NCBI GenBank assembly: GCA_965202655.1
Contig: CBDBBK010000002.1
Span: 884,685-948,684 of the forward strand
Reading direction: 5' to 3'
Source: Vicinamibacterales bacterium
Lineage (GTDB): Bacteria; Acidobacteriota; Vicinamibacteria; Vicinamibacterales; UBA8438
Length of the DNA stretch: 64,000 bases
In this document: piece by piece, positions 28,101 through 37,858 of the stretch
How the letters are laid out: every line of letters begins with the position of its first letter
Numbering within the stretch: position 1 is the first letter of the stretch
Program-made: the position numbers and the translations under genes
Notes under the pieces: model-generated
What the model saw: only the letters and a program-made list of their open reading frames with translations
Databases searched by the model: none
What the model was told of the DNA's origin: nothing

Positions 28101-30107
28101 ATGACGGCACGACTCGCAGCCTGTTTGATGATTGTGGCCATGCTCGCCTGCGGGCAGGCGGAGGCGCCTCCCGAGGAGACCGCGTCGCCCGCGGCGGCCC
28201 AGGGCCGTCCCGTGGTGGAGTGGAGCCCCCCGAGCGCGCCCGCGCAACCGGCCGATCTGGCGCCGAGGGAGCCGTGCGCGCATCACGATCCGCTCCGGCA
28301 GGCGTTCTTCGGGGATCTGCACACGCACACCGCGTTCTCGATCGATGCCCTGGGACGCGGCGGCTTCCAGACGCCCGACGATGCCTACCGGTTCGCCCGC
28401 GGCGAGGAGATCGGCCTCAGTCCCGTCGACGCCGACGGCCGGCCGACCCGGACGGCGCGGCTCGCCCGCCCTCTCGATTTCGCGGCGGTCACGGACCATT
28501 CCGAGTGGCTCGGCGAGGTCGCGGTCTGCACCGATCCCTCCTCGCCCGTCTATGACTCGGCCGCCTGCCGCGGCCTGCGGCCGGGAGGCGCGCCGGAGGA
28601 ACGCGCCGCGTGGCAGGCGGAACGGGCGGCCGGCCGGAGCCCGCTGGTCTGCGGCGAGGACGGCCGCGAGTGCCGCGACGGCCTGCTTACCGCCTGGGAG
28701 GCGACCCAGGAGGCGGCCGAGCGCTACTACGATCGCTCGAGCGACTGCTCGTTCACGGCGTTCCACGCCTGGGAGTACACCCGGGCTCCGGGCCGCTCCA
28801 AGGTGCACCGCAACGTCATCCTGCGCAACGAGATCGCGCCGGAGCTGCCGATCTCCTGGATAGACGCCGACCAGCCGCGCGACCTCTGGACCCGCCTCAA
28901 GGCGCGGTGCAACGACACCGGCACCGGCTGCGAGGCGCTCACCATTCCGCACAACCCGAACATCTCCAACGGCCAGATGTTCACCCTCGACTGGGGCGGC
29001 CTGCCGATCGACGAGCAGCGGGAGCGGGCCGCGCTGCGCAGCGAGATGGAGCCGCTGGTGGAGATGATGCAGGCCAAGGGCGAGTCCGAGTGCCGGCGCG
29101 GGATGTGGGATGTGGTCGGCGGCGAGGACGAGCTGTGCGACTTCGAGAAGGTCCGCTATATCGACGGCCAGCGGCCGCCCGACTGCGAGGACGGGACCGG
29201 GGAAGGCGGGTTGCGCGGCGAGGGCTGCCAGTCGCGCCTCGACTTCGTGCGCTACGCCCTCATCGAGGGCATCGCCCGGGAGGAACGCATCGGGATCAAC
29301 CCGATCCAGCTTGGCCTGATCGCCAGCACCGACGGCCACAACGGCCTGCCGGGCGACACTGACGAGTACGACTACCAGGGCCACAACTCGAACGTCGATT
29401 CGGACCTCGAGAAGCGCCTCACGACCGATGCCTACGCCCCGCATCCACTGCGCAACCCGGGTGGGCTGGTCGGCGTCTGGGCGGAGGAGAACTCCCGCGA
29501 CGCGCTGTTCGACGCGATGCAGCGGAAGGAGACGTTCGGCACGAGTGGCGTCCGGATCCAGGCGCGGATGTTCGGCGGCTGGGACCTGCCCGACCTGTGC
29601 ACGAGCAACGACATGATCGCCGAGGCGTACGAGACCGGCGTGCCGATGGGCAGCGTGCTGCCGGATCGCGAGGGGTCGGAAGCCCCCAGCTTCTTCGTCA
29701 CGGCGCTGGCCGATCCGGGGACCGAGGCGTATCCGGGGACCCCGCTGCAGCGCATCCAGATCATCAAGGGCTGGGTGGGCGACGACGGCCGGTTCCACGA
29801 GGCGATCTACGACGTTGCCGGCGACCCTGACAACGGCGCTGACGTATCGCGGGAGACCTGCGCGCTGAGCGGGGAGGGCGCGTCCTCGCTCTGCACGGTC
29901 TGGACGGATCCGGATTTCGATCCCTCCCGGTCCGCCGTCTACTACGCGCGGGTCGTCGAGAATCCGAGCTGCCGCTGGAACGGGTATCAATGCGCCGCCC
30001 TGTCTCCGGAGGACCGTCCCGCGGCATGCTCCAGTCCCGACCTGCCGTGGAGTATCCAGGAGCGGGCGTGGACCTCTCCCGTTTGGTACCGGGCCAGCGA
30101 TCAGTGA
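28101..30107 (+). CDS. DUF3604 domain-containing lipoprotein (PHP-like metallohydrolase)
   Basis: FFGDLHTHTAFSID; LDFAAVTDHSE; HRNVI; IPHNPNISNG; IASTDGHNG; VWAEENSRDALFDAMQRKETFGTSG; IQERAWTSPVWY. Confidence 0.9.
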   Translation: MTARLAACLMIVAMLACGQAEAPPEETASPAAAQGRPVVEWSPPSAPAQPADLAPREPCAHHDPLRQAFFGDLHTHTAFSIDALGRGGFQTPDDAYRFARGEEIGLSPVDADGRPTRTARLARPLDFAAVTDHSEWLGEVAVCTDPSSPVYDSAACRGLRPGGAPEERAAWQAERAAGRSPLVCGEDGRECRDGLLTAWEATQEAAERYYDRSSDCSFTAFHAWEYTRAPGRSKVHRNVILRNEIAPELPISWIDADQPRDLWTRLKARCNDTGTGCEALTIPHNPNISNGQMFTLDWGGLPIDEQRERAALRSEMEPLVEMMQAKGESECRRGMWDVVGGEDELCDFEKVRYIDGQRPPDCEDGTGEGGLRGEGCQSRLDFVRYALIEGIAREERIGINPIQLGLIASTDGHNGLPGDTDEYDYQGHNSNVDSDLEKRLTTDAYAPHPLRNPGGLVGVWAEENSRDALFDAMQRKETFGTSGVRIQARMFGGWDLPDLCTSNDMIAEAYETGVPMGSVLPDREGSEAPSFFVTALADPGTEAYPGTPLQRIQIIKGWVGDDGRFHEAIYDVAGDPDNGADVSRETCALSGEGASSLCTVWTDPDFDPSRSAVYYARVVENPSCRWNGYQCAALSPEDRPAACSSPDLPWSIQERAWTSPVWYRASDQ

Positions 30108-30142
30108 TGCCGCACGCTCCCGGGCTTTGCTAAGCTCGCCGA

Positions 30143-32179
30143 ATGGCTGACTTCTTCCGTCGGATCCACCTGGCGGTCGTTTCTCTCTGTCTGCTGCCGT
30201 TCCTTCTGACGGGCATCGCTGGCGCCCAGAACGAAGACTGGCGCGGCTACCCGGCCGACGAGTGGCCGCTCGCGGGCGGTCACTTCGGCCAGACGCGGCA
30301 TTCGTCGCTGACGCAGATCACGCCCGACAACATCGAGCAGCTCGGCGGCGCCTGGGTGACCGAGCTGGGCGGCGGCGAGGTGTCACGCTCCACCGTCGTG
30401 GTGCGCAACGGGCTGATGTTCCTGAACACCGGAAACAGCATTCGGGCGCTCGACGCTACCACTGGCGAGGAACGCTGGCGGGTGAACGCGCCGGTCGGCC
30501 GGATGAACAAGGGCGTGGCCCTCGGATCCGGGCTGGTGTTCGCAGGGCTCAGCGACTCGCGGCTGATCGCGCTCGACCAGCAGACCGGCGAGCAGGTCTG
30601 GGAGCACCTGGTGGGCGTGGAAGGGCAGTTCGGCCAGTGGATTTCGTCCCCGTCGACGTACGCCAACGGCCTCGTGATTACCGGCATGGCCAACGGCGAC
30701 AGCTATCTGCGCGGGCGGATCGTGGCCGTCGACGCGCGCACCGGTGAACGGCGCTGGCTCTTCGACGTGATTCCGGAGCCGGGCGTCCTCGGTTCGGAAA
30801 CCTGGCCGGTGGACAGCGACGTCTGGCGCTTCGGCGGCGGCGGCGTCTGGATGACTCCCACCGTCGACGTCGACCTCGGCCTGTTCTTCGTCGGCACCGG
30901 CAATGCGGTCCCGATGTGGGGCGGCGAACTGCGGCCGGGCGACAACCTGTTCACGTCGTCGGTGGTGGCGCTCGACCTCTATACCGGTGAGTACCGCTGG
31001 CACCGGCAGCTCGTGCATCACGAGCTGTGGGAGCACGACCTGGCGACGCCGCTCATCGTCTACGACGCCGAGGTGGAAGGGGAGACCCGCAAGGCGCTGG
31101 CCGCGATGCGTACCGACGGGTATCTCTTCCTGCTCGATGCCGCGACCGGCGAGCCGGTATTCCCGATCGAGGAACGGCCGGTGCCGCAGAACGAATTCCT
31201 GCGGACCTCGCCGACGCAGCCCTTCCCGGTCGGCGCGGACCGGGTCGGTTCCGACTGCGTCGATCCGGACATGATTCCCCCCGGCTTCGAGGCGGGCTGC
31301 TACTACGACCCGATCGGGCCCGACCTGCCGAACAAGTTCATCCCCTACATGACGATGCGGTTCGCGCCGATGTCCTACAGCCCGGTCAACGGGTACTTCT
31401 TCGGTATGGCGTGCGTCTATCCGCGCTGGATCAAGCGCCCCGAGAACGGATGGTTCTTCACCGGCACCACCGTCCGGGCGCCGGGTCTGAAGCAGCACGG
31501 CCTCCACGTGGCGCTCGACAGCCGCACCAACAGGATCGTCTGGCAGCACGAGGTGCCGTGGTCGGACTGCAACAGCAGCGGCGCCCTGACGACCGCAAGC
31601 GGCCTGATGTTCCACACCGAGGCCGACGGCAACCTCGGAGCCTTCGATCAGCGGACGGGCGAGGTGCTGTGGCAGTTCCAGACCGGCCAGATCGGCCTGT
31701 TCGGCTCGAACGGCTTTGGGGGCGGCCCGGTGGTGACCTACGCGATCGACGGCGAGCAGTACGTGGCCCTGACGATGGGACGCCTGGTCTGGGCGTTCAA
31801 GCTCGGCGGGACCGTCCCGCCGCGGCCCGCGCCGGAGCCGCCACCGACCGTGCTGCCGTTCGAGGGACCGGTCGCCGGCACCGACACCATCGAGCTCAAG
31901 CGTGTGATCACTCAAAGCAACGAGAACACCGGGCGCAACGACGAATGGCACGACGATTACGGATTGACCCCGACGCGCGCGTCGGTCGCCGCGGGCACGC
32001 GGGTGACCTGGACCAATCCGACGGGGCTGAGCCACACCCTCTCGGCGCGTGACGGCTCGTGGACCACCGGCCCCATCGGGCCGGGCGATTCCGGTTCGGT
32101 GGTCCTCGACGCGGCGGGCGAGCACGAGTACATCTGCACCGAGCATCCGTGGACGATTGGACAGATCGTCGTCGAGTAG
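30143..32179 (+). CDS. PQQ-dependent dehydrogenase with C-terminal cupredoxin domain
   Basis: W..AGG...TRHSSLTQITPDN; GGGVWMTPTVD; VGTGN; HHELWEHD; C-terminal VTWTN...HTL...YICTEHPW. Confidence 0.85.
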   Translation: MADFFRRIHLAVVSLCLLPFLLTGIAGAQNEDWRGYPADEWPLAGGHFGQTRHSSLTQITPDNIEQLGGAWVTELGGGEVSRSTVVVRNGLMFLNTGNSIRALDATTGEERWRVNAPVGRMNKGVALGSGLVFAGLSDSRLIALDQQTGEQVWEHLVGVEGQFGQWISSPSTYANGLVITGMANGDSYLRGRIVAVDARTGERRWLFDVIPEPGVLGSETWPVDSDVWRFGGGGVWMTPTVDVDLGLFFVGTGNAVPMWGGELRPGDNLFTSSVVALDLYTGEYRWHRQLVHHELWEHDLATPLIVYDAEVEGETRKALAAMRTDGYLFLLDAATGEPVFPIEERPVPQNEFLRTSPTQPFPVGADRVGSDCVDPDMIPPGFEAGCYYDPIGPDLPNKFIPYMTMRFAPMSYSPVNGYFFGMACVYPRWIKRPENGWFFTGTTVRAPGLKQHGLHVALDSRTNRIVWQHEVPWSDCNSSGALTTASGLMFHTEADGNLGAFDQRTGEVLWQFQTGQIGLFGSNGFGGGPVVTYAIDGEQYVALTMGRLVWAFKLGGTVPPRPAPEPPPTVLPFEGPVAGTDTIELKRVITQSNENTGRNDEWHDDYGLTPTRASVAAGTRVTWTNPTGLSHTLSARDGSWTTGPIGPGDSGSVVLDAAGEHEYICTEHPWTIGQIVVE

Positions 32180-32204
32180 CCCATGGCAGGTGTGTCCCGC
32201 ACGA

Positions 32205-32239
32205 GGAACGGTTCGTTCCGACGCGCCCGTCAGGGCGCG
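32205..32239 (+). repeat. Degenerate double-hairpin repeat, copy E (overlaps the ligD stop)
   Basis: GGAACG-GTT-CGTTCC-GA-CGCGCCC-GTCA-GGGCGCG. Confidence 0.55.
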
Positions 32240-34353
32240 CTGACGGCCGCTTCCAGCCGGGCCAGGGCGTCTTCGAGATTGGCCGGCGCCACCGTCCGGG
32301 TCCCGGCCCACAGGTCGCCCACCTCGTCCAGCCGCGCGTGGATGGAGCGCATCGTGAAGTCGCGCGGCTGGAGGCCGGACCGCGGGCCGTCATGCACCTC
32401 GGCCCAGGTGAGCGGCGCGGAGACGCCGGCGAACGGGCTGGCCCGCGCGCTGTAGGCGCAGGCGAGCGTCTTGCCGTAGATGTTCTGCAGGGTATCGATG
32501 TAGACCGCGTCGTCGGGGCGGCGCCGGACGGTGCGCTCGACGGTGGCCGCTTCCGGATGGCGCGCGGCGACGACCGTGGCGACGATCTGGCAGAAGATCA
32601 TCCCCGCCTGGTACGGTGTGCCGGCCGGTAGCGGAATGAAGATGTGCAGGCCCTCGGAGCCGGAGGTCTTGGCGAACGACGGCACGCCGAGCCGCTCCAG
32701 TTCGTCGTGGAGCCAGCGGGCGACGTCGAGCACGCGCGTGAACGGCGCCCGGGGCATCGGGTCAAGGTCCAGCGCCGCCATGTCGGCCTCCGTGATCCGG
32801 TCGAGCGTCGAGAACCACGGATCCTGCGAGATGACGGCGAGCTGCGCCATGTAGAGCAGCGTCTGCGGTTGCCCGCCGATCAGGTACGGCACTTCGGAGT
32901 CGGCCGATCGCTCCGCGCCGTCGCCCAGCTTCTCCGCCACGAGCGCGACCCGGGTTCCCTCCGGGATGGGGTCCGGCGCGCGGTGTTGATAGAACGACTT
33001 GCCGTCCACGCCGTTCGGGAACCGCTTCATGACGAGCGGCCGGCCGGCCACCACGGGCAGCACATAGGGCGCGGCGCGCAGGTAGTAGCGCAGCAGGTCG
33101 CCCTTCGTGAGCCCGGGTTCCGGCCAGAACACCTTGTGCAGGTTGCCGACCGGCACGCGCGCGCCATCGGCGAGGACGAGCGTGCCCTGGCGCCGGCTCG
33201 CTTCCAGCGTGTCCACCTCCGCGAGCAGGTGGTCGGCCGCCGGCGGCTCGGGCCGCGGTTCCGGGGCGGCACGCCCGCGCCCGCTTCTTCGGGCCGGCTG
33301 CGGAGCGGCGGCCGGCCGCCTGTTCTCGTGGCGGACTGCGGCGGGCCGAATGTCGTCGCGCAGCCCGTGGTAGACCGGGTTCCGGAGGATTCCCTCGCGT
33401 GTCCACTGCGTGAACGTGACGCGCGCCACCAGCTTCGGCTTCACCCAGTTGCGCGTCTCGGGCCGGTACGGCGCCGGCACTTCGGCGAAGGGCGCCGTAT
33501 CCGTGACGAGCGGCGCGAGCCATTCGGCCATCCGATCGAGTTCGGTGTCGGTAAAGCCGGATCCCACCTGGCCGGCGAAGATGAGCGGCGTTGTGCGAGT
33601 CACGCGCCCGCCGGCGGGGTAGTAGCCGAGGAGCAGGGCGCCGATGTGCCGGCGCGAACCGCGCGGCGCCGTCCAGCCGCCGACCACGAAATCCTCGGAC
33701 TGCGTGAACTTCAGCTTCTGCCACTGCGCGCTCCGGCGTCCGGAGGCGTAACGGCTTGCCGGCTGCTTGACGATGACGCCTTCCCAGCCGTGCGCCCGGC
33801 CGTCGGCGGCCAGCGCCACACCATCTCCGACCTGGCTGTCGGCGAGGCGGATCAGTTGGACGTCGCGCCGCCGCCCGCGCAACAGGCCCTCGAGCCGCTG
33901 CCGCCGTTCGTGGCAGGGGAGTGGCCGCAGGTCTTCGTCGCCCTCGCGCAGGAGGTCGAAGAGGACCAGGGCGACCGGCGCCTTGCGCGCCGCCGCTTCC
34001 GCCGCCGCGCCGGTGCGTTGCAGCCGATCCTGCAGGAACTGGAACGCCCGCGGGCTCCCGTCGTCCGCCGTCGCCACCACTTCGCCGTCGAGCAGCACCG
34101 GGCGGCGCAGTCGGCGCGCGAGGCGCCGGAGCGGATCGACGAGATCGGGGAACTCGGCGATCTTGTTGCGTCCCAGCCGCGCGTAAATCGCGGGTGGAGC
34201 CGGGCCGTCGAGCGCGACCAGGGCGCGGATGCCGTCCAGCTTGGGCTCGAAGATGAGCCGCTCGTTCCGCAATAGCCGGGCGTGGGTTTCAGGTGGCGCC
34301 AGTTCCGCCAGCATGGGACGGACGTCGCGCGGGTCGTCGCGCCAGAGGGTCAC
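32230..34353 (-). CDS. ligD: DNA ligase D (ATP-dependent ligase plus primase-polymerase domain)
   Basis: EPKLDGIR, LLDGEVV, FDLL, EGVIVK, WQKLK, VVGGWT; PolDom NLHKVFWP, KRFPNG, DLDP, KTSGSEGLH, YIDTLQN. Confidence 0.95.
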   Translation of the reverse strand: MTLWRDDPRDVRPMLAELAPPETHARLLRNERLIFEPKLDGIRALVALDGPAPPAIYARLGRNKIAEFPDLVDPLRRLARRLRRPVLLDGEVVATADDGSPRAFQFLQDRLQRTGAAAEAAARKAPVALVLFDLLREGDEDLRPLPCHERRQRLEGLLRGRRRDVQLIRLADSQVGDGVALAADGRAHGWEGVIVKQPASRYASGRRSAQWQKLKFTQSEDFVVGGWTAPRGSRRHIGALLLGYYPAGGRVTRTTPLIFAGQVGSGFTDTELDRMAEWLAPLVTDTAPFAEVPAPYRPETRNWVKPKLVARVTFTQWTREGILRNPVYHGLRDDIRPAAVRHENRRPAAAPQPARRSGRGRAAPEPRPEPPAADHLLAEVDTLEASRRQGTLVLADGARVPVGNLHKVFWPEPGLTKGDLLRYYLRAAPYVLPVVAGRPLVMKRFPNGVDGKSFYQHRAPDPIPEGTRVALVAEKLGDGAERSADSEVPYLIGGQPQTLLYMAQLAVISQDPWFSTLDRITEADMAALDLDPMPRAPFTRVLDVARWLHDELERLGVPSFAKTSGSEGLHIFIPLPAGTPYQAGMIFCQIVATVVAARHPEAATVERTVRRRPDDAVYIDTLQNIYGKTLACAYSARASPFAGVSAPLTWAEVHDGPRSGLQPRDFTMRSIHARLDEVGDLWAGTRTVAPANLEDALARLEAAVSAP

Positions 34354-34427
34354 GGCCGATCAGCATATGGCAGCCGGGGGGTCGTGCCGATAGACTGGGA
34401 GCGGATTCACGAGGCAGAAGAGAAATA

Positions 34428-35330
34428 ATGGCTGCACGTCCGACATGGAAGGGCTACCTGAAGGTGAGCCTGGTGACGGTTCCGGTGCGTGTCTTCCCGG
34501 CGACCAATACCACCGGCCAGGTCCGCTTCAACCAGTTGTGCGGCGAGTGCCAGACCCGTATCCAGCAGAAGCGATGGTGCTCGTCGTGTGACCGCGAGAT
34601 CGACAAGACGGAGATCGTCAAGGGATTCGAGTTCGAAAAGGGCCGCTATGTCGTGATGGACGAGGATGACATCGCCAAGGCGCGGCCCGAATCTACCCGC
34701 ATCATCAACCTGCTCCGGTTCGCCGACGTGGACACGATCGATCCGATGTACGTCGAGAGGCCGTTCTATCTCGCCCCCGACGGAAAAGTGGCGGCGAGCG
34801 CCTTCGCCGTGCTGCGCGAGGCGCTGGTGGGGAAGGCCGGGATCGGCAAGCTGGCCCTGCTCGGACGGGAATACCTGGTGGCCGTCCAGCCGAAGGAGAA
34901 CGGGCTGATGATGTTCACGCTCCGTCAGGCCAGGGAGCTGCGGCGGATGTCGGCGATCGAGGAGCTGGATGATCTGCCGGAGGCCGTGAACGAGGACGAG
35001 GTCAAGCTGGCCCGGCAGGTGATCGGCAACTTTGCCGGCGACCTCGACCTGTCGGAGTTCACCGACGACTACCAGGCGGAACTGCGGCGGATCATCGATG
35101 CGAAGATCGCCGGCGAGGAAGTCGTCGTCCAGGAACTGGAGACGCCCGCCAAGGTGGTCAACCTGATGGACGCGCTGCGCAAGAGCCTCGAGCAGGTGAG
35201 CGCCGGCAAGAAGAAGCCGGCCAAGGCGGCGGCGAAGTCCGCCGGGGCGCGGACATCAACCCGCCGGGGTACGCGCGCGGCAACCGGGGCCGGGCGAACG
35301 GCTACCGCGCGCCGCCGGAAGCGCGCCTAG
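34428..35330 (+). CDS. ku: NHEJ DNA end-binding protein Ku
   Basis: ARPTWKGYLKVSLVTVPV; IVKGFEFEKGRYVV; IDPMYVERPFYLAPD; VVNLMDALRKSL; basic tail. Confidence 0.97.
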   Translation: MAARPTWKGYLKVSLVTVPVRVFPATNTTGQVRFNQLCGECQTRIQQKRWCSSCDREIDKTEIVKGFEFEKGRYVVMDEDDIAKARPESTRIINLLRFADVDTIDPMYVERPFYLAPDGKVAASAFAVLREALVGKAGIGKLALLGREYLVAVQPKENGLMMFTLRQARELRRMSAIEELDDLPEAVNEDEVKLARQVIGNFAGDLDLSEFTDDYQAELRRIIDAKIAGEEVVVQELETPAKVVNLMDALRKSLEQVSAGKKKPAKAAAKSAGARTSTRRGTRAATGAGRTATARRRKRA

Positions 35331-35349
35331 GTCCGCGCTGCGGGCGGCT

Positions 35350-35793
35350 CTACGGCGCCGCTTTCTCCTGCAGGCAGGCGAAGAAACGGTCCATCATCAT
35401 CTTGGAAACGCCGCCCAGCAGGCGCTGGCCGACGCGGGCGATGGTGCCTCCCACCTGCGCTTTTCCAATGACATCGACCCGTGTGGTGGCGCCGCCGTCA
35501 GATTCCGCGAGGTTGACGGTGGCCGACCCGTTGACGAAGCCGGGCCCGCCCTTTCCCTGGACCAGCAGCGTGTAGCTGGCGGGCGCGTCCTTTTCGCTCA
35601 TTCGGACGGTGCCCTCGTACTCTCCCGTGACCGCGGAGATGCCCATGGTGAGCTTCGCGCGGTAAGTATCCTCCGCGGTCTGTTCCATCGCTTCGCACCC
35701 GGGCAGGCACGAGGCAATCACCGAAGGGTCGACGAGTAGATCCCAGACCCGCTGTCGCGGGGCGTCGAAGGTGTAACTGGCGGAAACTTCCAG
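35350..35793 (-). CDS. coxG: CoxG/SRPBCC family protein (probable CTG start)
   Basis: (L)EVSASYTFDAPRQRVWDLLVDPSVIASCLPGCE; AQVGGTIARVGQRL; GGAGG 7 nt before CTG 35793. Confidence 0.85.
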   Translation of the reverse strand: MEVSASYTFDAPRQRVWDLLVDPSVIASCLPGCEAMEQTAEDTYRAKLTMGISAVTGEYEGTVRMSEKDAPASYTLLVQGKGGPGFVNGSATVNLAESDGGATTRVDVIGKAQVGGTIARVGQRLLGGVSKMMMDRFFACLQEKAAP

Positions 35794-36750
35794 CTACCGG
35801 CCTCCCTCATCGGCGCGCGCGCCGGTGAGCATCGTCTCCATCGAGTAGTTCCCCTCGTGGCAGGCATACTCGAAGAGCGGCAGGTCGTTCTTGACCATCG
35901 GCAGGTTCACCGTCCAGGGACGGACCCAGGTCAGGGGGTCGTTGACGGTGTACTCGTACTCGAGAGTCTCTTCGTCGACGCGCGTGAACCGTTCCACCAG
36001 CCGCATGGTGGCGCTGGTGCCGCGCCAGTTGCGGTCCTCGTCGAAGTTGGTCGTCTCGACCACCAGCGTGTCGCCGTCCCAATAGCCGCGCGAGACGCCG
36101 GACCACTGCGCGAGCCGGTCGTCATGAATGGCCGGGCGTACGTCGTCGATCGGGATGACGCGTACGGTGTGAACCATTTCGGTCAGCAGGACGACTTCGT
36201 TGGGAGTCTGGAAGATCTGCACGTTCTGGTTGTAGCCGCCGGGCGTGATCGGCGGGCCGGCGTTGAAGCCCATCATGCAGCGGTCCGCGTTGCTCAGCGC
36301 GGTGTACGACGCCGGGATGTAGGCGCCGAAGGAACCGCGGCCCATGGCGTTGCGCGCCTGTCCCCGCTCGGTGGCAATGGGCAGGCGGCCGTTCGGCGGG
36401 TCGATGATGAGCGAGGTCCGCCGCGTGCCGACGTCGCGCGTGCCGCGATCCATCCAGAAGTTGTTGTAACCGCCGACGCTGCCGCCGGCTTCGGTACGCT
36501 GGGCGTCGCGTTCCCACAGCTCGAGGTCGCGCTGAACCGCCCGCGCCTCGCGCTCGGCCGCCTCTTCTTCGGTCAGGAACTCCTTGTCGCCCAGGTCTGA
36601 CGGACGCTGCAGCGGCGTGATGGTCCGGAAGTCCCAGACCCCCTGAAGGTCGGGCGCACCCCATGCGGTGCTCTGCGCCAGAGCCGTCGCCGGCAGGACC
36701 AGCAGGCTGGCCAACGCGATGATCAACAGTCCCGAATACTTACGCCCCAT
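35794..36750 (-). CDS. Secreted protein of unknown function ('WGxPDLQGVW...YACHEGN' family), paralog 1
   Basis: Signal peptide; WGAPDLQGVWDFRTITPLQRP; DRC; YNQNVQIFQ; GYWDGDTLVVETTNF; FEYACHEGNY. Confidence 0.85.
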   Translation of the reverse strand: MGRKYSGLLIIALASLLVLPATALAQSTAWGAPDLQGVWDFRTITPLQRPSDLGDKEFLTEEEAAEREARAVQRDLELWERDAQRTEAGGSVGGYNNFWMDRGTRDVGTRRTSLIIDPPNGRLPIATERGQARNAMGRGSFGAYIPASYTALSNADRCMMGFNAGPPITPGGYNQNVQIFQTPNEVVLLTEMVHTVRVIPIDDVRPAIHDDRLAQWSGVSRGYWDGDTLVVETTNFDEDRNWRGTSATMRLVERFTRVDEETLEYEYTVNDPLTWVRPWTVNLPMVKNDLPLFEYACHEGNYSMETMLTGARADEGGR

Positions 36751-36833
36751 TGCACTTCTCCCTCAACTGCTCGACTGCACGAATTGACGAAACGAACCGA
36801 AACCGCGGCCAGCGCCTGCGGACCTTCTTCCCG

Positions 36834-37804
36834 CTACCGGTTCTCCTCATCGGCGCGCGCGCCGGTGAGCATCGTCTCCATCGAGTAGTTCCCCTCGTGG
36901 CAGGCATACTCGAAGAGCGGCAGGTCGTTCTTGACCATCGGCAGGTTCACCGTCCAGGGACGGACCCAGGTCAACGGGTCGTTGACGGTGTACTCGTACT
37001 CGAGAGTCCCTTCGTCGACGCGCGTGAACCGTTCCACCAGCCGCATGGTGGCGCTGGTGCCGCGCCAGTTGCGGTCCTCGTCGAAGTTGGTCGTCTCGAC
37101 CACCAGCGTGTCGCCGTCCCAATAGCCGCGCGAGACGCCGGACCACTGCGCGAGCCGGTCGTCATGAATGGCCGGGCGTACGTCGTCGATCGGGATGACG
37201 CGTACGGTGTGAACCATTTCGGTCAGCAGGACGACTTCGTTGGGAGTCTGGAAGATCTGCACGTTCTGGTTGTAGCCGCCGGGCGTGATCGGCGGGCCGG
37301 CGTTGAAGCCCATCATGCAGCGGTCCGCGTTGCTCAGCGCGGTGTACGACGCCGGGATGTAGGCGCCGAAGGAACCGCGGCCCATGGCGTTGCGCGCCTG
37401 TCCCCGCTCGGTGGCAATGGGCAGGCGGCCGTTCGGCGGGTCGACGATGAGCGAGGTCCGCCGCGTGCCGACGTCGCGCGTGCCGCGGTCATCCAGAAGT
37501 TGTTGTAGGCGCCGATGCTGCCGCCCGCTTCGGTCCGCTGGGCGTCGCGCTCCAGCAGTTCCTGGTCCCGCTGAACCGCCCGCGCCTCGCGCTCGGCCGC
37601 CTCTTCTTCGGTCAGGAACTCCTTGTCGCCCAGGTCTGACGGACGCTGGAGCGGCGTAATGGTCCGGAAGTCCCAGACCCCCTGAAGGTCGGGCGCCCCC
37701 CATGCGGTCTCGGGCGCTTCCTGCGCGACCGCGAGCACGGGCAGGGCCAGCAATCCGGCCACGGCGATGGTCAAGAACCTTGTTGTTGAGCGTTCACCTG
37801 TCAT
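36834..37804 (-). pseudogene. Tandem near-identical copy (paralog 2) with a 1-bp deletion frameshift near 37490
   Basis: ATG 37804 with GGAGG RBS; reads TTCTGGATGACCGC where paralog 1 has TTCTGGATGGATCGC; the ORF track splits it into 37334..38419 and 36834..37703. Confidence 0.8.
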
Positions 37805-37858
37805 CTCATGACCTCCAGTGACACACCGTACGGAAGGATTCCCGTAGCATACCATGCC

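Noticed and set aside
35794-35796. Pyrrolysine or programmed amber recoding at the in-frame TAG before coxG
   Set aside because: No pyl machinery in the window; a correctly spaced SD and CTG explain it more simply.
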